Shown one piece after another: positions 8,565 to 18,755 of a stretch of DNA of 64,000 nt; position 1 is the stretch's first letter; each line of letters begins with the position of its first letter. The stretch covers positions 1 to 64,000 of the forward strand of contig JBFXLE010000011.1 of assembly GCA_050173015.1 (NCBI GenBank), written 5' to 3'. Below the pieces are notes generated by a model. It did not search any database. It saw nothing but the letters and a program-made list of their open reading frames with translations, and had not been told where the DNA came from. Source of the stretch: Calditrichaceae bacterium. GTDB taxonomy: Bacteria > Calditrichota > Calditrichia > Calditrichales > JBFXGD01. The position numbers were made by a program, and so were the translations under genes.

Positions 8565-10169
8565 ATGATTTCGCAACAGGAAATCAAAGGTCAGCATGAT
8601 CTCAGCTACCTGAACATCAAAAATTTAAACAACGCGTACTGGAATCTGACGACCCCCGCTCTATACGAGCAGATCATCCGCAGGCGTGAGGGATTGCTCG
8701 CGCATCTTGGCCCGCTTGTTGTCCGAACCGGCAGTATCACAGGACGTTCACCAAACGATAAGTTTATCGTAAAGGAATCTGTATCCGGAGATAAAATATG
8801 GTGGGGCAAGGTGAACACACCATTTGAAGAATCAAAATTCAAAAGCATCTGGCATCGTCTGCTGGCTTATCTCCAGGGGAACGATATTTTTATTCAGGAT
8901 TGTTATGCCGGCGCGGATAAAAATTTCAGGCTGCCTATTCGCGTGATTACAGAATACGCCTGGCACTCTCTGTTTGCCCGTAATATGTTTATCCGCATCC
9001 GTGATGAAAAAGATTTAAAAAATCATCAGCCGGAATATACGATCATCGATCTACCGAAATTTCATGCCGTCCCGGAACTTGACGGAACAAATTCCGAAGC
9101 GTTTATCCTGATAAATTTTGCTCAAAAACTGGTTTTAATCGGGGGAACAAGTTACGCGGGCGAGATCAAAAAGTCCGTATTCACTCTGTTGAATTATTTG
9201 CTTCCTCAGAAAGATGTTCTTCCCATGCATTGCAGCGCCAATGTGGACAGCAATGGCGAATCCGCTATCTTTTTTGGGTTGTCAGGTACCGGAAAAACCA
9301 CCCTTTCAGCGGTTAAGGATCGTCCGCTGGTCGGAGACGATGAACACGGCTGGAGCAAGGAAGGTATCTTTAATTTTGAAGGCGGATGTTACGCCAAGGT
9401 CATACGTCTTTCTCAAGAAGCGGAGCCTGAAATTTTTGAAACTACCCGGAAGTTCGGCACCATTCTTGAAAATGTTCAAATTGATTCCTACTGGCGTATT
9501 CCTGATCTGGATGACCTCACCTTCACTGAGAATACCCGCGCCGCTTATCCGATCACACATTTGAGTAATATTGTTGATGACGGAAAAGCGGGTCATCCCA
9601 AAAATATCGTTTTACTTACCGCTGACGCGTTCGGTGTGCTTCCGCCGCTCTCTAAACTGACACCAGAACAGACCATGTATCATTTCCTTCTGGGATACAC
9701 AGCAAAGGTAGCGGGTACGGAGAAAGGAGTCACCGAGCCTCAGGCGACATTCAGCACTTGTTTCGGAGCGCCGTTTATGCCGATGCATCCAAGTGTGTAC
9801 GCGAAACTGCTCGGCGAGAAAATTCAGCAGCACAACGCGCAGTGCTGGCTGGTGAATACCGGCTGGACCGGCGGACCCCATGGAGTCGGACACCGTATGT
9901 CCATCAAATACACCAGAGCCCTGCTAAATGCGGCATTGGAAGGAAAAATTGATAATGTTGAATACACAAAAGATCCGGTTTTCGGTCTGGCTGTCCCGAA
10001 ATCCTGTCCGGATGTGCCGTCAGAAATTCTGATGCCCAAAAACACCTGGGCGGATAAATCGGCCTACGACAAAAAAGCCGCGGAACTTGCCAGGCGATTT
10101 AAGGACAATTTTAAACAGTATGAAGAATTTGTTTCAAAGGATGTGGCCGGAGCGGGGCCTCTTGTTTAA
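8565..10169 (+). CDS. pckA: Phosphoenolpyruvate carboxykinase (ATP)
   Basis: TGRSPNDKF, GLSGTGKTTLS, GDDEHGW, FNFEGGCYAK and ENTRAAYP. Confidence 0.98.
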   Translation: MISQQEIKGQHDLSYLNIKNLNNAYWNLTTPALYEQIIRRREGLLAHLGPLVVRTGSITGRSPNDKFIVKESVSGDKIWWGKVNTPFEESKFKSIWHRLLAYLQGNDIFIQDCYAGADKNFRLPIRVITEYAWHSLFARNMFIRIRDEKDLKNHQPEYTIIDLPKFHAVPELDGTNSEAFILINFAQKLVLIGGTSYAGEIKKSVFTLLNYLLPQKDVLPMHCSANVDSNGESAIFFGLSGTGKTTLSAVKDRPLVGDDEHGWSKEGIFNFEGGCYAKVIRLSQEAEPEIFETTRKFGTILENVQIDSYWRIPDLDDLTFTENTRAAYPITHLSNIVDDGKAGHPKNIVLLTADAFGVLPPLSKLTPEQTMYHFLLGYTAKVAGTEKGVTEPQATFSTCFGAPFMPMHPSVYAKLLGEKIQQHNAQCWLVNTGWTGGPHGVGHRMSIKYTRALLNAALEGKIDNVEYTKDPVFGLAVPKSCPDVPSEILMPKNTWADKSAYDKKAAELARRFKDNFKQYEEFVSKDVAGAGPLV

Positions 10170-10184
10170 CAGAATGACAGTAGT

Positions 10185-10216
10185 AAAAAAAAGCCGGTTT
10201 ATGCCGGCTTTTTTTT
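10185..10216. terminator. Bidirectional intrinsic terminator
   Basis: aaaaaaaagccgg-tttatg-ccggctttttttt between convergent genes. Confidence 0.9.
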
Positions 10217-10221
10217 ATTGA

Positions 10222-10854
10222 TTAAGAATGTATTACACGTCTGTACCAGTCCGGACCTTTTTCATCGTAAGGCTGGAAACCTATTTTCATCAAATAGTTA
10301 ATATGCGTCTGAACGTCAGTCTGTATAATAAAGCATTTATGGTTTTGATCCTTAAAAACAGGATGCTCTTTGTAAAAAAGATAATGAGCGTTCTTTGAGT
10401 CCCGGTAATCGGGAATCACATAGTCAATTTTTATTTCGAGTTCATTTTCTTTTCCCTTTTCGCAAATAAACAAACCTACAGGCAGCATATTCCGCAAAAT
10501 GAACACAATAATCGGGTTTTGAAGTTCTTTAACCTCGAATTTTGGAAAGAACTTACTGATATCATTTTCATGAAATTTTAAAAACCGCAGTAAAAAAGGA
10601 CTTTGCAGCGTATCAATCTGAAATAACTCAAAATAATCGGCGCTCTTGTTCATCTGTATCAAATAATAAATATCCACCAACGTAATAAACCCGTTCAACG
10701 CGAATACAGGATACGCGTTTACCAATAAGCCATAGGTGGCGAATATGGCCGCGCCGATCATGTTAATCCAGCGAAGGCGCACAATGGAACTCATCATTAA
10801 TGAAACGGCTACCAGAACCGATCCGGTATAACCGACAATCTCAATCCAATTCAT
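10222..10854 (-). CDS. Membrane protein, YgjV-like N-terminus plus soluble C-terminal domain
   Basis: EIVGYTGSVLVAVSLMMSSIVRLRWINMIGA hydrophobic repeats; DYVIPDYRD C-terminal motif. Confidence 0.7.
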   Translation of the reverse strand: MNWIEIVGYTGSVLVAVSLMMSSIVRLRWINMIGAAIFATYGLLVNAYPVFALNGFITLVDIYYLIQMNKSADYFELFQIDTLQSPFLLRFLKFHENDISKFFPKFEVKELQNPIIVFILRNMLPVGLFICEKGKENELEIKIDYVIPDYRDSKNAHYLFYKEHPVFKDQNHKCFIIQTDVQTHINYLMKIGFQPYDEKGPDWYRRVIHS

Positions 10855-10908
10855 TTATCTTCATTTTCTCCCATTGGGGGAATGTGTTGTTTCCGTTTGT
10901 AAACTTAA

Positions 10909-11988
10909 TTAAACATTAAATCGAATATTCAAAATATCTCCGTCTTTCACAGGATATTCCTTGCCTTCAAGCCGCAGAAGTCCCTTATCTTTGCAGGCAT
11001 TTAAGCTTCCCTGGGCGATCAGTTCATCGTAATGTACTGTTTCCGCCCGGATAAAGCCTTTTTCCAGATCGGAGTGAATCACTCCCGCTGCCTGCTGAGC
11101 TTTTGTTCCTTTCTTGATCGTCCAGGCGCGGCATTCGTCTTCACCCACCGTAAAAAAGGAAATGAGTCCGAGCAATTCATAGGAGGTGCGGATCAATTTT
11201 GACAGGGCGGGTTCTTTGATACCCAAATCCTCCATGAACACCGCGGCGTCCTCTTCACCGAGTTCTGAGATCTCCTTCTCAATTTCCGCGCTAAGGGAAG
11301 TTACCGCGCAATTCGGAGTCACGTATTTTTGAAGACGCTGTTCAATCTCCGCTGCCTTTGTGATATTTTCCTCGGCGATATTGATGACATAGAGCAGGGA
11401 TTTGGCTGTCAGAAACTGGTACCCTTTGAGCATCCTTTTTTCGTCTTCGCTAAGCTCCATTTCCCGAATGGGTTTTTCCAGTTCAAGCTGCTCTTTTAGA
11501 CGATTCATGAGCGCCAGTTCCCGGATATCTTTTTCATTCTTGATTTTCATAACCATCTTTTCCAGCTTTTCCACACGGGATTCGACGATGAGAAGATCGC
11601 TCAGAAGGAATTCTCCGTAGATAAATTCAATATCGCGTTCCGGAGACACACTGTCAAAAGGATGCGGATAGAACTCATTTTCAAAATCCCGGACCATTAC
11701 CAGAATGGCCTCGACGGTTTTTAGATTGGCGATGAACTGAGCCGGTAAACCCTGGGGTTTATCACCGTCACTTTCAAGGCCGGGTACTTTTATATATTCA
11801 ATGACGGAATTGACTTTTTTCTTCGGATTGAACATTCCGGTCAGCTTGTCAAGACGCGCGTCAGGTACTTTTACGACACCGCGCTCGGTGCTTTGTTTCG
11901 CTCCGGGATCGGCAGATTTATGCTTTAGCAAGGTCGAAAAGAGCGTTGTTTTTCCGGAATAGGGCAATCCTACGATACCGATTTCCAT
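10909..11988 (-). CDS. ychF: Redox-regulated ATPase YchF
   Basis: GIVGLPYSGKTTLF, VPDARLD, FFTVGEDECRAW, HSDLEKGFIRAE and RLEGKEY. Confidence 0.97.
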   Translation of the reverse strand: MEIGIVGLPYSGKTTLFSTLLKHKSADPGAKQSTERGVVKVPDARLDKLTGMFNPKKKVNSVIEYIKVPGLESDGDKPQGLPAQFIANLKTVEAILVMVRDFENEFYPHPFDSVSPERDIEFIYGEFLLSDLLIVESRVEKLEKMVMKIKNEKDIRELALMNRLKEQLELEKPIREMELSEDEKRMLKGYQFLTAKSLLYVINIAEENITKAAEIEQRLQKYVTPNCAVTSLSAEIEKEISELGEEDAAVFMEDLGIKEPALSKLIRTSYELLGLISFFTVGEDECRAWTIKKGTKAQQAAGVIHSDLEKGFIRAETVHYDELIAQGSLNACKDKGLLRLEGKEYPVKDGDILNIRFNV

Positions 11989-12152
11989 TTTATCTCCTCA
12001 ATGTTTTTCTTTTAAAATGACGCGCAAATTTAAACAAAATTGACGTTATTGCCAAAAAATCATTCATTAAATGCCAGATAGTCTTCAATAAGGAATAATT
12101 TGGATTTCATAATCGTCAAAGCTAAATTTAACCGCAAATTTAAAGGAATGCT

Positions 12153-12524
12153 ATGAAACTGATAATTATAGGATTTGGCGGATTTATCGGAGCGGTGTTG
12201 CGGTATGAATTATCCGGCTGGACTTACCGCTTAATGGGCAGCCGCCTTCCTTACGGGACACTGGCGGTCAATGTGATCGGCAGCTTTATTCTGGGGTTTT
12301 TTCTCGTACTTGCCGAGGGACGTTTTGCGATTTCACCGCAGATAAGGAATTTTGTCGCGGTGGGAATTCTGGGCGCCTTTACCACTTTTTCAACATTTTC
12401 TTTTGAAACTATGGCACTTCTGCAGCAGAATTTATTTAAACAAGCTTTGCTTAACATTCTTTTAAATGTAATACTCGCTTTGACAGCGGTGTGGATGGGA
12501 ATGGTATCCGCAAAATTAGTATAA
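12153..12524 (+). CDS. crcB: Fluoride efflux channel CrcB/Fluc
   Basis: GGFIGAVLRY, PYGTLAVNVIGSF and GILGAFTTFSTFS. Confidence 0.97.
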   Translation: MKLIIIGFGGFIGAVLRYELSGWTYRLMGSRLPYGTLAVNVIGSFILGFFLVLAEGRFAISPQIRNFVAVGILGAFTTFSTFSFETMALLQQNLFKQALLNILLNVILALTAVWMGMVSAKLV

Positions 12525-12544
12525 TTAAACTGTAAGGGGCTGAA

Positions 12545-12889
12545 ATGAAAATCGAAGGTTTGGGAAAATTGCTTCGAATTTACATCGGTGAGCAGGATAA
12601 GCTGCACAATCAGTCACTTTATGAAGCCATTGTTTACAAGGCGCGGGAAATGGGAATGGCGGGTGCGACGGTCATCCGCGCCATCGAAGGATTCGGCGCC
12701 GCCAGCAGAATCATTCATACGGCAAAATTACTGCGGTTGTCGGAGGATCTGCCCATTCTGATTGAGATTGTAGATACGGAAGATCGGATCCGAAATGCGG
12801 TTTCGGAATTTGAAAAAATGATCGACGCCAGCGGAGCGGGAGTTCTCATGACCATGGAGCAGGTAGATATTCTGCGGTATCATCAATAA
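12545..12889 (+). CDS. DUF190 (PII-like) protein
   Basis: LLRIYIGEQD...GMAGATVIRAIEGFG...LSEDLPILIEIVD; a typical crcB neighbour. Confidence 0.92.
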   Translation: MKIEGLGKLLRIYIGEQDKLHNQSLYEAIVYKAREMGMAGATVIRAIEGFGAASRIIHTAKLLRLSEDLPILIEIVDTEDRIRNAVSEFEKMIDASGAGVLMTMEQVDILRYHQ

Positions 12890-12921
12890 TAAGAGATATG
12901 AAAAAAGAAAGAACAGAATGA

Positions 12922-13674
12922 ATGAAAAATGAACAAGAAAAACTGCATATTTTTGGCAGGCAACCCGTACTGGAGGCTTTGCGTTCGGGGCATAAGGTGG
13001 AAGAAATATGGCTTGCTGACGGTCTTGAGGGAAAGTGGATCGCTTTTCTGGAAAGAGCGGCCGGGCAGAAAAATGTATCAATAAAATCTGTTTCAAAAAA
13101 TGATATCCAAAAATTAGTCGGACCGGTTGTACATCAGGGTGTGGCGGCGGTAATTAACGGATTTTCCTACATGAACGAGGACGGAGTTTTTAAGTATCTG
13201 GAGACCATTGAAATGCCCTTTATTCTCCTGCTCGATCAGGTTCAGGATCCGCATAATCTGGGCGCCATCATGAGAACGGCGGAAGTGGCCGGGGTAAATT
13301 TGATAATTATTCCCGAGAAAGGTTCACCGGATCTCAATGCCACGATCGCGAAAACATCCGCCGGGGCCATGTTTCACATTCCAGTCTGCAAAGCGCCGAC
13401 GGTTGAGAAGATTCTGGAAGATCTCACAAAATCCGGAATTACATCCGTAGCGGCCATCGCCCACTCGGAGAAGAACCTGTATGATGTGGATTTTACCGGC
13501 GGTACCGTGATTGTCATTGGCAGTGAAGGCCGGGGCGTCCGAAAAAATATAGCCGGGTTATGTTCTGAGCAGATCGCCATTCCTCAATACGGTAAAATCA
13601 ATTCATTAAACGCCTCTGTCGCCTCCGCGGTGATTATGTATGAAGTGGTGAGACAGCGGCATCATCAGTCGTAA
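12922..13674 (+). CDS. rlmB: 23S rRNA (Gm2251) 2'-O-methyltransferase, SpoU/TrmH family
   Basis: HQGVAA, LDQVQDPHNLGAIMRTA, IGSEGRG and SLNASVA. Confidence 0.93.
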   Translation: MKNEQEKLHIFGRQPVLEALRSGHKVEEIWLADGLEGKWIAFLERAAGQKNVSIKSVSKNDIQKLVGPVVHQGVAAVINGFSYMNEDGVFKYLETIEMPFILLLDQVQDPHNLGAIMRTAEVAGVNLIIIPEKGSPDLNATIAKTSAGAMFHIPVCKAPTVEKILEDLTKSGITSVAAIAHSEKNLYDVDFTGGTVIVIGSEGRGVRKNIAGLCSEQIAIPQYGKINSLNASVASAVIMYEVVRQRHHQS

Positions 13675-13832
13675 TTGGTTCATGAACGCGTGGAGAACAT
13701 TTTACTCTGATCGAAGTATAAGAAAGAATTCGTACCGATCAGGTTGATACTTTCAAATTAATCTTCAAATCAGTATGGCCGGTCAGATCAATCCTATCAA
13801 CACAGAAAAATTACCGGAAGGATCATTTTACA

Positions 13833-15383
13833 ATGAAGAAAATTCTTTGGGCCGATGATGAAATAGATATGCTGCAGGCGCATGTTATCTTTTTACGTGA
13901 AAAAGGTTATGATGTGATGACAGTGACCAATGGCGATGACGCGATCTATCAGGTTCGTCATTTTGACTACGACCTTGTTCTGCTGGATGAGATGATGATG
14001 GGAAAGGACGGATTGACGACACTGAATGAGATAAAGGATTATTCACCACATCTTCCCGTTATTATGATCACGAAGAGCGAAGAAGAAAGTCTCATGGAAG
14101 ACGCGATCGGCAAACGCATCGATGACTATCTTACCAAGCCGGTTAATCCGAGTCAGATTTTGATGGCCTGTAAAAAGATCCTTGAGAAAAAGGATATTAT
14201 GAATGAAAAGATGAGTCAGCAGTATGCCATCGATGTATCACAGCTTTCCATGTCACTGATGAAAAATATGGACGCGAAGGACTGGATTGAGCAGGCTCTG
14301 AAGATTTTTCGCATGGATTTGAATCTTGATACATCCTCCGGTCAGGCATTCCGGCAGGTACTGTATGATCAAAGAAAAGAGAGTAATGTAGAATTTGGTA
14401 AATATGTGGAAAAAAACTATCAGGGCTGGCTCAGGAATAGCGATAATCGTCCTGATTTGTCGGTGGATTTAGTAAAAAAATATGTCATTCCGAATCTTAA
14501 AAAGAACAAGAAAGTTGTTTTTATAGTCATTGACTGCATGCGTCTTGATCAATGGCTTACGCTCGAACCGTTTTTCTACGAATTGTTTAAAATTGATAAG
14601 GAATATTATTATTCAATTTTGCCGACAGCGACGCCGTTTTCAAGAAATGCCCTGTTCAGCGGACTTTTTCCGGAGGAAATTGAGAAAATGTATCCGCAGC
14701 TTTGGTCCATGAATGAAGATGATGAAAGCCTGAACCGGTATGAAAAGGAACTGCTTGATCTTCAGCTCAAACGTAGTGGAATTCATATCGGAAATGATCT
14801 GAAATATGTGAAGGTAATGAATACCGAAGATATGAGAAATCTTGAAAAAGATATGCATAATTATCTTGAAGCGTCCATGCTGGCCATTGTTGTGAATTTT
14901 GTGGATATTCTCGCGCACAGCCGGTCAGATCTGCCGATTCTTAAGGATATCGCGCCCGATGAAGCCGCGTACCGCTCCCTCACACGCTCTTGGTTTGAGC
15001 ATTCGCCAATGATGGGTATCCTGAGAAAAATCGCGCAGTCCGACGCGACTGTTTTTTTGACTTCCGATCATGGCAGTGTCCGCGGTCTCCATGCGACAAA
15101 AGTAATAGGCGACCGTGAAACTTCCACAAATCTGCGTTATAAATATGGGCGGAGTCTGAAAGTGGATAAAAAGCATGCCGCGATCGTTCCCAACCCGTCA
15201 GACTGGAAACTGCCGAAACGCGGGATCAATACTCAGTACATTATTGCGAAGGAAGATTACTATTTTGTTTATCCCACCAATTACAATAAATATCTGAATC
15301 ACTACAAAGATAGTTTTCAGCATGGCGGTATCTCTATAGAGGAAATGATCCTCCCGATTGTCAAGCTCGAGGGAAAACAATAA
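13833..15383 (+). CDS. porX: PorX-type response regulator with PglZ/alkaline-phosphatase domain
   Basis: Receiver ILWADDEID...LLDEMM; PglZ motifs IDCMRLDQW, SILPTATPFSRNALFSG, NFVDILAH, TSDHG and FQHGGIS. Confidence 0.9.
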   Translation: MKKILWADDEIDMLQAHVIFLREKGYDVMTVTNGDDAIYQVRHFDYDLVLLDEMMMGKDGLTTLNEIKDYSPHLPVIMITKSEEESLMEDAIGKRIDDYLTKPVNPSQILMACKKILEKKDIMNEKMSQQYAIDVSQLSMSLMKNMDAKDWIEQALKIFRMDLNLDTSSGQAFRQVLYDQRKESNVEFGKYVEKNYQGWLRNSDNRPDLSVDLVKKYVIPNLKKNKKVVFIVIDCMRLDQWLTLEPFFYELFKIDKEYYYSILPTATPFSRNALFSGLFPEEIEKMYPQLWSMNEDDESLNRYEKELLDLQLKRSGIHIGNDLKYVKVMNTEDMRNLEKDMHNYLEASMLAIVVNFVDILAHSRSDLPILKDIAPDEAAYRSLTRSWFEHSPMMGILRKIAQSDATVFLTSDHGSVRGLHATKVIGDRETSTNLRYKYGRSLKVDKKHAAIVPNPSDWKLPKRGINTQYIIAKEDYYFVYPTNYNKYLNHYKDSFQHGGISIEEMILPIVKLEGKQ

Positions 15384-15436
15384 CAGTACAAACGCAGAGC
15401 GGGATGTGACCTGTTTTTTAAAAATGAATATTTCCT

Positions 15437-15461
15437 CCCGGCTTGTTTTAGCCGGGTTTTT
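15437..15461 (+). terminator. Intrinsic terminator after porX
   Basis: cccggct-tgtttt-agccggg followed by ttttt. Confidence 0.7.
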
Positions 15462-15511
15462 CCATTAATTTCCTGTCTCTATATTAATAAAAGGATAAAA
15501 TCCATTCAGAT

Positions 15512-15931
15512 ATGAGGGATATAAGCACCTATTCATCAGACACAATTGAAGAGTCAAGAGCGGTCGCGCGTGAGCTGGCAAGCATATTAAAGCCTTCGGA
15601 TATCGTCCTTCTGGAGGGAAATCTGGGGAGCGGAAAAACATTTCTGGTAAAAGAAATCTGTAATATTTGGGAAACAGAGGAGGAAGCCACCAGCCCGTCA
15701 TTCGCGATTATTCAAATTTACTCCGGCGCGATTTCGGTGAATCATTTTGATTTTTACCGGATCGAAGATATATCTGAACTGGACAATCTCGGATGGGAAG
15801 AACTGTTATATACAGACGCGGTTTCATTTATTGAATGGCCGCAAATGATTGAAAACCAATTGGATGATTATTATAAAATAACTATCGAACTGAATGGAGA
15901 ACGGAGACTGTTTAAACTCAGTCATTCATAA
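15512..15931 (+). CDS. tsaE: t6A biosynthesis ATPase TsaE
   Basis: LEGNLGSGKT, SPSFAII, HFDFYRI and FIEWP. Confidence 0.95.
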   Translation: MRDISTYSSDTIEESRAVARELASILKPSDIVLLEGNLGSGKTFLVKEICNIWETEEEATSPSFAIIQIYSGAISVNHFDFYRIEDISELDNLGWEELLYTDAVSFIEWPQMIENQLDDYYKITIELNGERRLFKLSHS

Positions 15932-15978
15932 ATGATCAATCGGTTTACACCGTTTCTATTAAAAAATAAATGAGATAA

Positions 15979-16665
15979 ATGATTTTAGCTATCGAGACAT
16001 CTGATGTTTTATGCAGCGTCGCTTTTTGGGATGAAGGCAAAATTCTGGCGGAATATAATCATGAACTTCCCATGCAGCACGCCACACTGGTTGGCTATCT
16101 GGTAAATAACGGACTGGAATTTCTGGGCGGCAAACTGCGGGCCCGTAAATATTTGATCGATGATATCAGCGCTGTTGCGGTGGGTATCGGTCCCGGTTCA
16201 TTTACAGGTTTACGGATCGGTTTGAGTTACGCTCAGGGATTTTGTTTCGGGAATGAGATCCCGATTGTCGGCGTTTCCAATCATCAGGTGCTGGCGGTAC
16301 AAAGAATTCCGTCGATACGACGTGTTTTTACAATCATTGAAGCGCGACGTGAAGAGGTTTATCTTGCAGAGCATGCATTTTTGGAAGATAAGTATCCTGA
16401 AATTAAGACACATCAAATTGTAAAAAAAGCAAATCTGAACGCGGTCATTCCCACCGGATCGCAGGTAATTTGCAATAGAACTCTAAAGTTGGATCAGGCA
16501 ATTATTGACCAGGCGGAAAAGCGAAAAATTGAACTGATCTCCCATGGCAGTTATTCCGCTTCAATATTAGCGGAAATTGGCCTGCATAAGTTCGGATTAA
16601 AGGGCAGTGATAGCCTAACGGAACTCGAACCAATGTATATCAGACCTTTTGCCGGGGTAAAATGA
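15979..16665 (+). CDS. tsaB: t6A biosynthesis protein TsaB
   Basis: ILAIETS, GPGSFTGLRIG and C-terminal LEPMYIR. Confidence 0.95.
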   Translation: MILAIETSDVLCSVAFWDEGKILAEYNHELPMQHATLVGYLVNNGLEFLGGKLRARKYLIDDISAVAVGIGPGSFTGLRIGLSYAQGFCFGNEIPIVGVSNHQVLAVQRIPSIRRVFTIIEARREEVYLAEHAFLEDKYPEIKTHQIVKKANLNAVIPTGSQVICNRTLKLDQAIIDQAEKRKIELISHGSYSASILAEIGLHKFGLKGSDSLTELEPMYIRPFAGVK

Positions 16666-17117
16666 AAATTGCCTTTCGCAGGATGGAACCGGGCGATGCA
16701 GACCGGGTTCATGAACTGGAAGAACAAATATTTAAAGACGCCTGGAGCAGAGAAAGTTTTATAAAGGATATCAACAATAGGGAAATCTCATATCCTTTTG
16801 TGGTTGTTGACGAATCGAAAATCGCGGGATACGCGGTCATCTGGTATTTTGCGGATGAGCTTCATATCGGAAATATAGCAATCGCGCCTGAATATCGGCG
16901 AAAAGGGCTCGCAAGCCGGTTGTTGGAATATGTTCTGGACAATTTTGATCATTACATCGCGGCGTATCTTGAAGTAAGAAAATCAAACATAGCCGCGATT
17001 AATCTATACCGGAAATTTGGTTTCTCGGAATATTATACGAGGCCGTCCTATTACCGCGACGGTGAAGACGCTCTTGTCATGGTAAAACAAAATATCGCAC
17101 AAAAGGTAAAGGAGTGA
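16662..17117 (+). CDS. rimI: Ribosomal protein S18-alanine N-acetyltransferase
   Basis: IGNIAIAPEYRRKG, YLEVRKSN, YYRDGEDA; follows tsaB. Confidence 0.92.
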   Translation: MKIAFRRMEPGDADRVHELEEQIFKDAWSRESFIKDINNREISYPFVVVDESKIAGYAVIWYFADELHIGNIAIAPEYRRKGLASRLLEYVLDNFDHYIAAYLEVRKSNIAAINLYRKFGFSEYYTRPSYYRDGEDALVMVKQNIAQKVKE

Positions 17118-17118
17118 T

Positions 17119-17970
17119 ATGGATTGGTTTAAACGTAAAAAAGAAGTGCTTAAGCCAATAGAGAAAAAAGAAATGCCTGACGGTCTTTGGGTTAAGTGTG
17201 AAAAATGCGGAGAAATCATTTATAAAAAGGAGCTGGAAAAAAAGCTATATGTCTGCCCAAAATGCGAATTTCATTTCCGAATTGATGCCGATATGTACAT
17301 TTCTCTCCTTTTTGATGATAAAACCTTTAAGGAATTTAACCAGCATATAAAATCGGTTGACCCGTTGAATTTTAAAGATTTTAAGAAATACAGTTCCAAG
17401 TACAAAGCCACGGTAGAAAAAACAGGAATCAATGAAGCCGTCATCACCGGTAAGGGAGAAATAAATTCTCATAAAGTCGTTATGGCATTGATGGAATTTC
17501 GCTTTCTGGGAGGAAGTATGGGTTCGGTGGTCGGCGAGAAAATTTCCAGGGCGATTGATGTTGCCCTGGAAGAAAACTGTCCAATGCTGATTTTATCTTC
17601 ATCGGGTGGCGCGCGAATGCATGAAGGAATATTAAGTCTGATGCAGATGGCGAAAACAAGCGCCAAACTGGCAAGACTCGCGAAAAAGGGGCTGCCCTAT
17701 ATTTCGATATTAACAAATCCGACTACCGGCGGAACCACTGCAAGTTATGCGATGCTGGGTGATATTCATATCGCTGAGCCCGGAGCATTGATCGGTTTTG
17801 CCGGTCCGAGGGTAATCAAACAGACCATCGGTCAGGATTTACCGCCGGGATTTCAACGGTCTGAATTTGTTCAGTCACACGGATTTATCGATATGATCGT
17901 ACACCGCCATGAACTAAAGCGCAGGATTGCCGGAGTTCTGGACTTTTTTGCCCATGAAAACAAGAACTGA
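17119..17970 (+). CDS. accD: Acetyl-CoA carboxylase carboxyltransferase beta subunit
   Basis: Zn finger WVKCEKC...CPKC, GGSMGSVVGEK, SGGARMHEG and GFAGPRVI. Confidence 0.97.
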   Translation: MDWFKRKKEVLKPIEKKEMPDGLWVKCEKCGEIIYKKELEKKLYVCPKCEFHFRIDADMYISLLFDDKTFKEFNQHIKSVDPLNFKDFKKYSSKYKATVEKTGINEAVITGKGEINSHKVVMALMEFRFLGGSMGSVVGEKISRAIDVALEENCPMLILSSSGGARMHEGILSLMQMAKTSAKLARLAKKGLPYISILTNPTTGGTTASYAMLGDIHIAEPGALIGFAGPRVIKQTIGQDLPPGFQRSEFVQSHGFIDMIVHRHELKRRIAGVLDFFAHENKN

Positions 17971-17987
17971 GAAAACCAAAAGGAAGT

Positions 17988-18755
17988 ATGAGGAAATTAT
18001 CTATACTCGTTACAAATGATGACGGTATTTACGCGCCGGGAATCTATCACTTGAAAAAGGCAATGGAAGGTTTGGGTGATATTACGGTTGTGGCGCCAAT
18101 CAGTGAGAAAAGCGCGGTGGGTCATGCCATTACCGTCTCTGATCCGCTGCGTGTGGTGGAAGCTGAAAGAAACGGTGGATTTTTTGGTTACGGAGTCAAC
18201 GGCACACCGGCTGATTGTGTAAAGTTGGGTGTCAGGTGTCTTTTGGCTGAGCCGCCCGATCTGGTAGTGAGCGGTATTAATTTGGGCTCGAATACGGCGA
18301 CAAACGTCATATACTCCGGAACTGTTTCCGCGGCTGCCGAGGGAACCATCATGGGGATTCCGTCCATGGCTGTCTCACTCACATCATTTACAAAGCTGGA
18401 ATTTGGTTACGCGAAAAAGGTGGCCCGTCAAATCGCGTCACAAATACTCGAACGGGGACTGCCCGAAGGAACTTTGATTAATATAAATGTTCCGGCTCTT
18501 CACGAAGATGAAATTAAAGATGTGGTGATCACGCGACAGGGAAAGGGCCGATACGAAGAGATGTTTGATAAGAGAATTGATCCCAACAACCGCACATATT
18601 ACTGGCTGGCCGGAAAACGGATGCTGCTCGATACGGATGAAGATGTGGATGATGTAGCGGTGATGCAGGATAAAGTGTCCATTACTCCAATTCATTACGA
18701 GCTGACAAATTTTGCTTTTTTAGAGGAATTATCTAAATGGAAAATCAAACCCTGA
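17988..18755 (+). CDS. surE: 5'/3'-nucleotidase SurE
   Basis: [21 protein letters not shown] and YSGTVSAA. Confidence 0.97.
   Translation: MRKLSILVTNDDGIYAPGIYHLKKAMEGLGDITVVAPISEKSAVGHAITVSDPLRVVEAERNGGFFGYGVNGTPADCVKLGVRCLLAEPPDLVVSGINLGSNTATNVIYSGTVSAAAEGTIMGIPSMAVSLTSFTKLEFGYAKKVARQIASQILERGLPEGTLININVPALHEDEIKDVVITRQGKGRYEEMFDKRIDPNNRTYYWLAGKRMLLDTDEDVDDVAVMQDKVSITPIHYELTNFAFLEELSKWKIKP

Noticed and set aside
11989-12152. Fluoride riboswitch upstream of crcB
   Set aside because: No GGCGATG...TGA-type conserved core or pseudoknot is visible.
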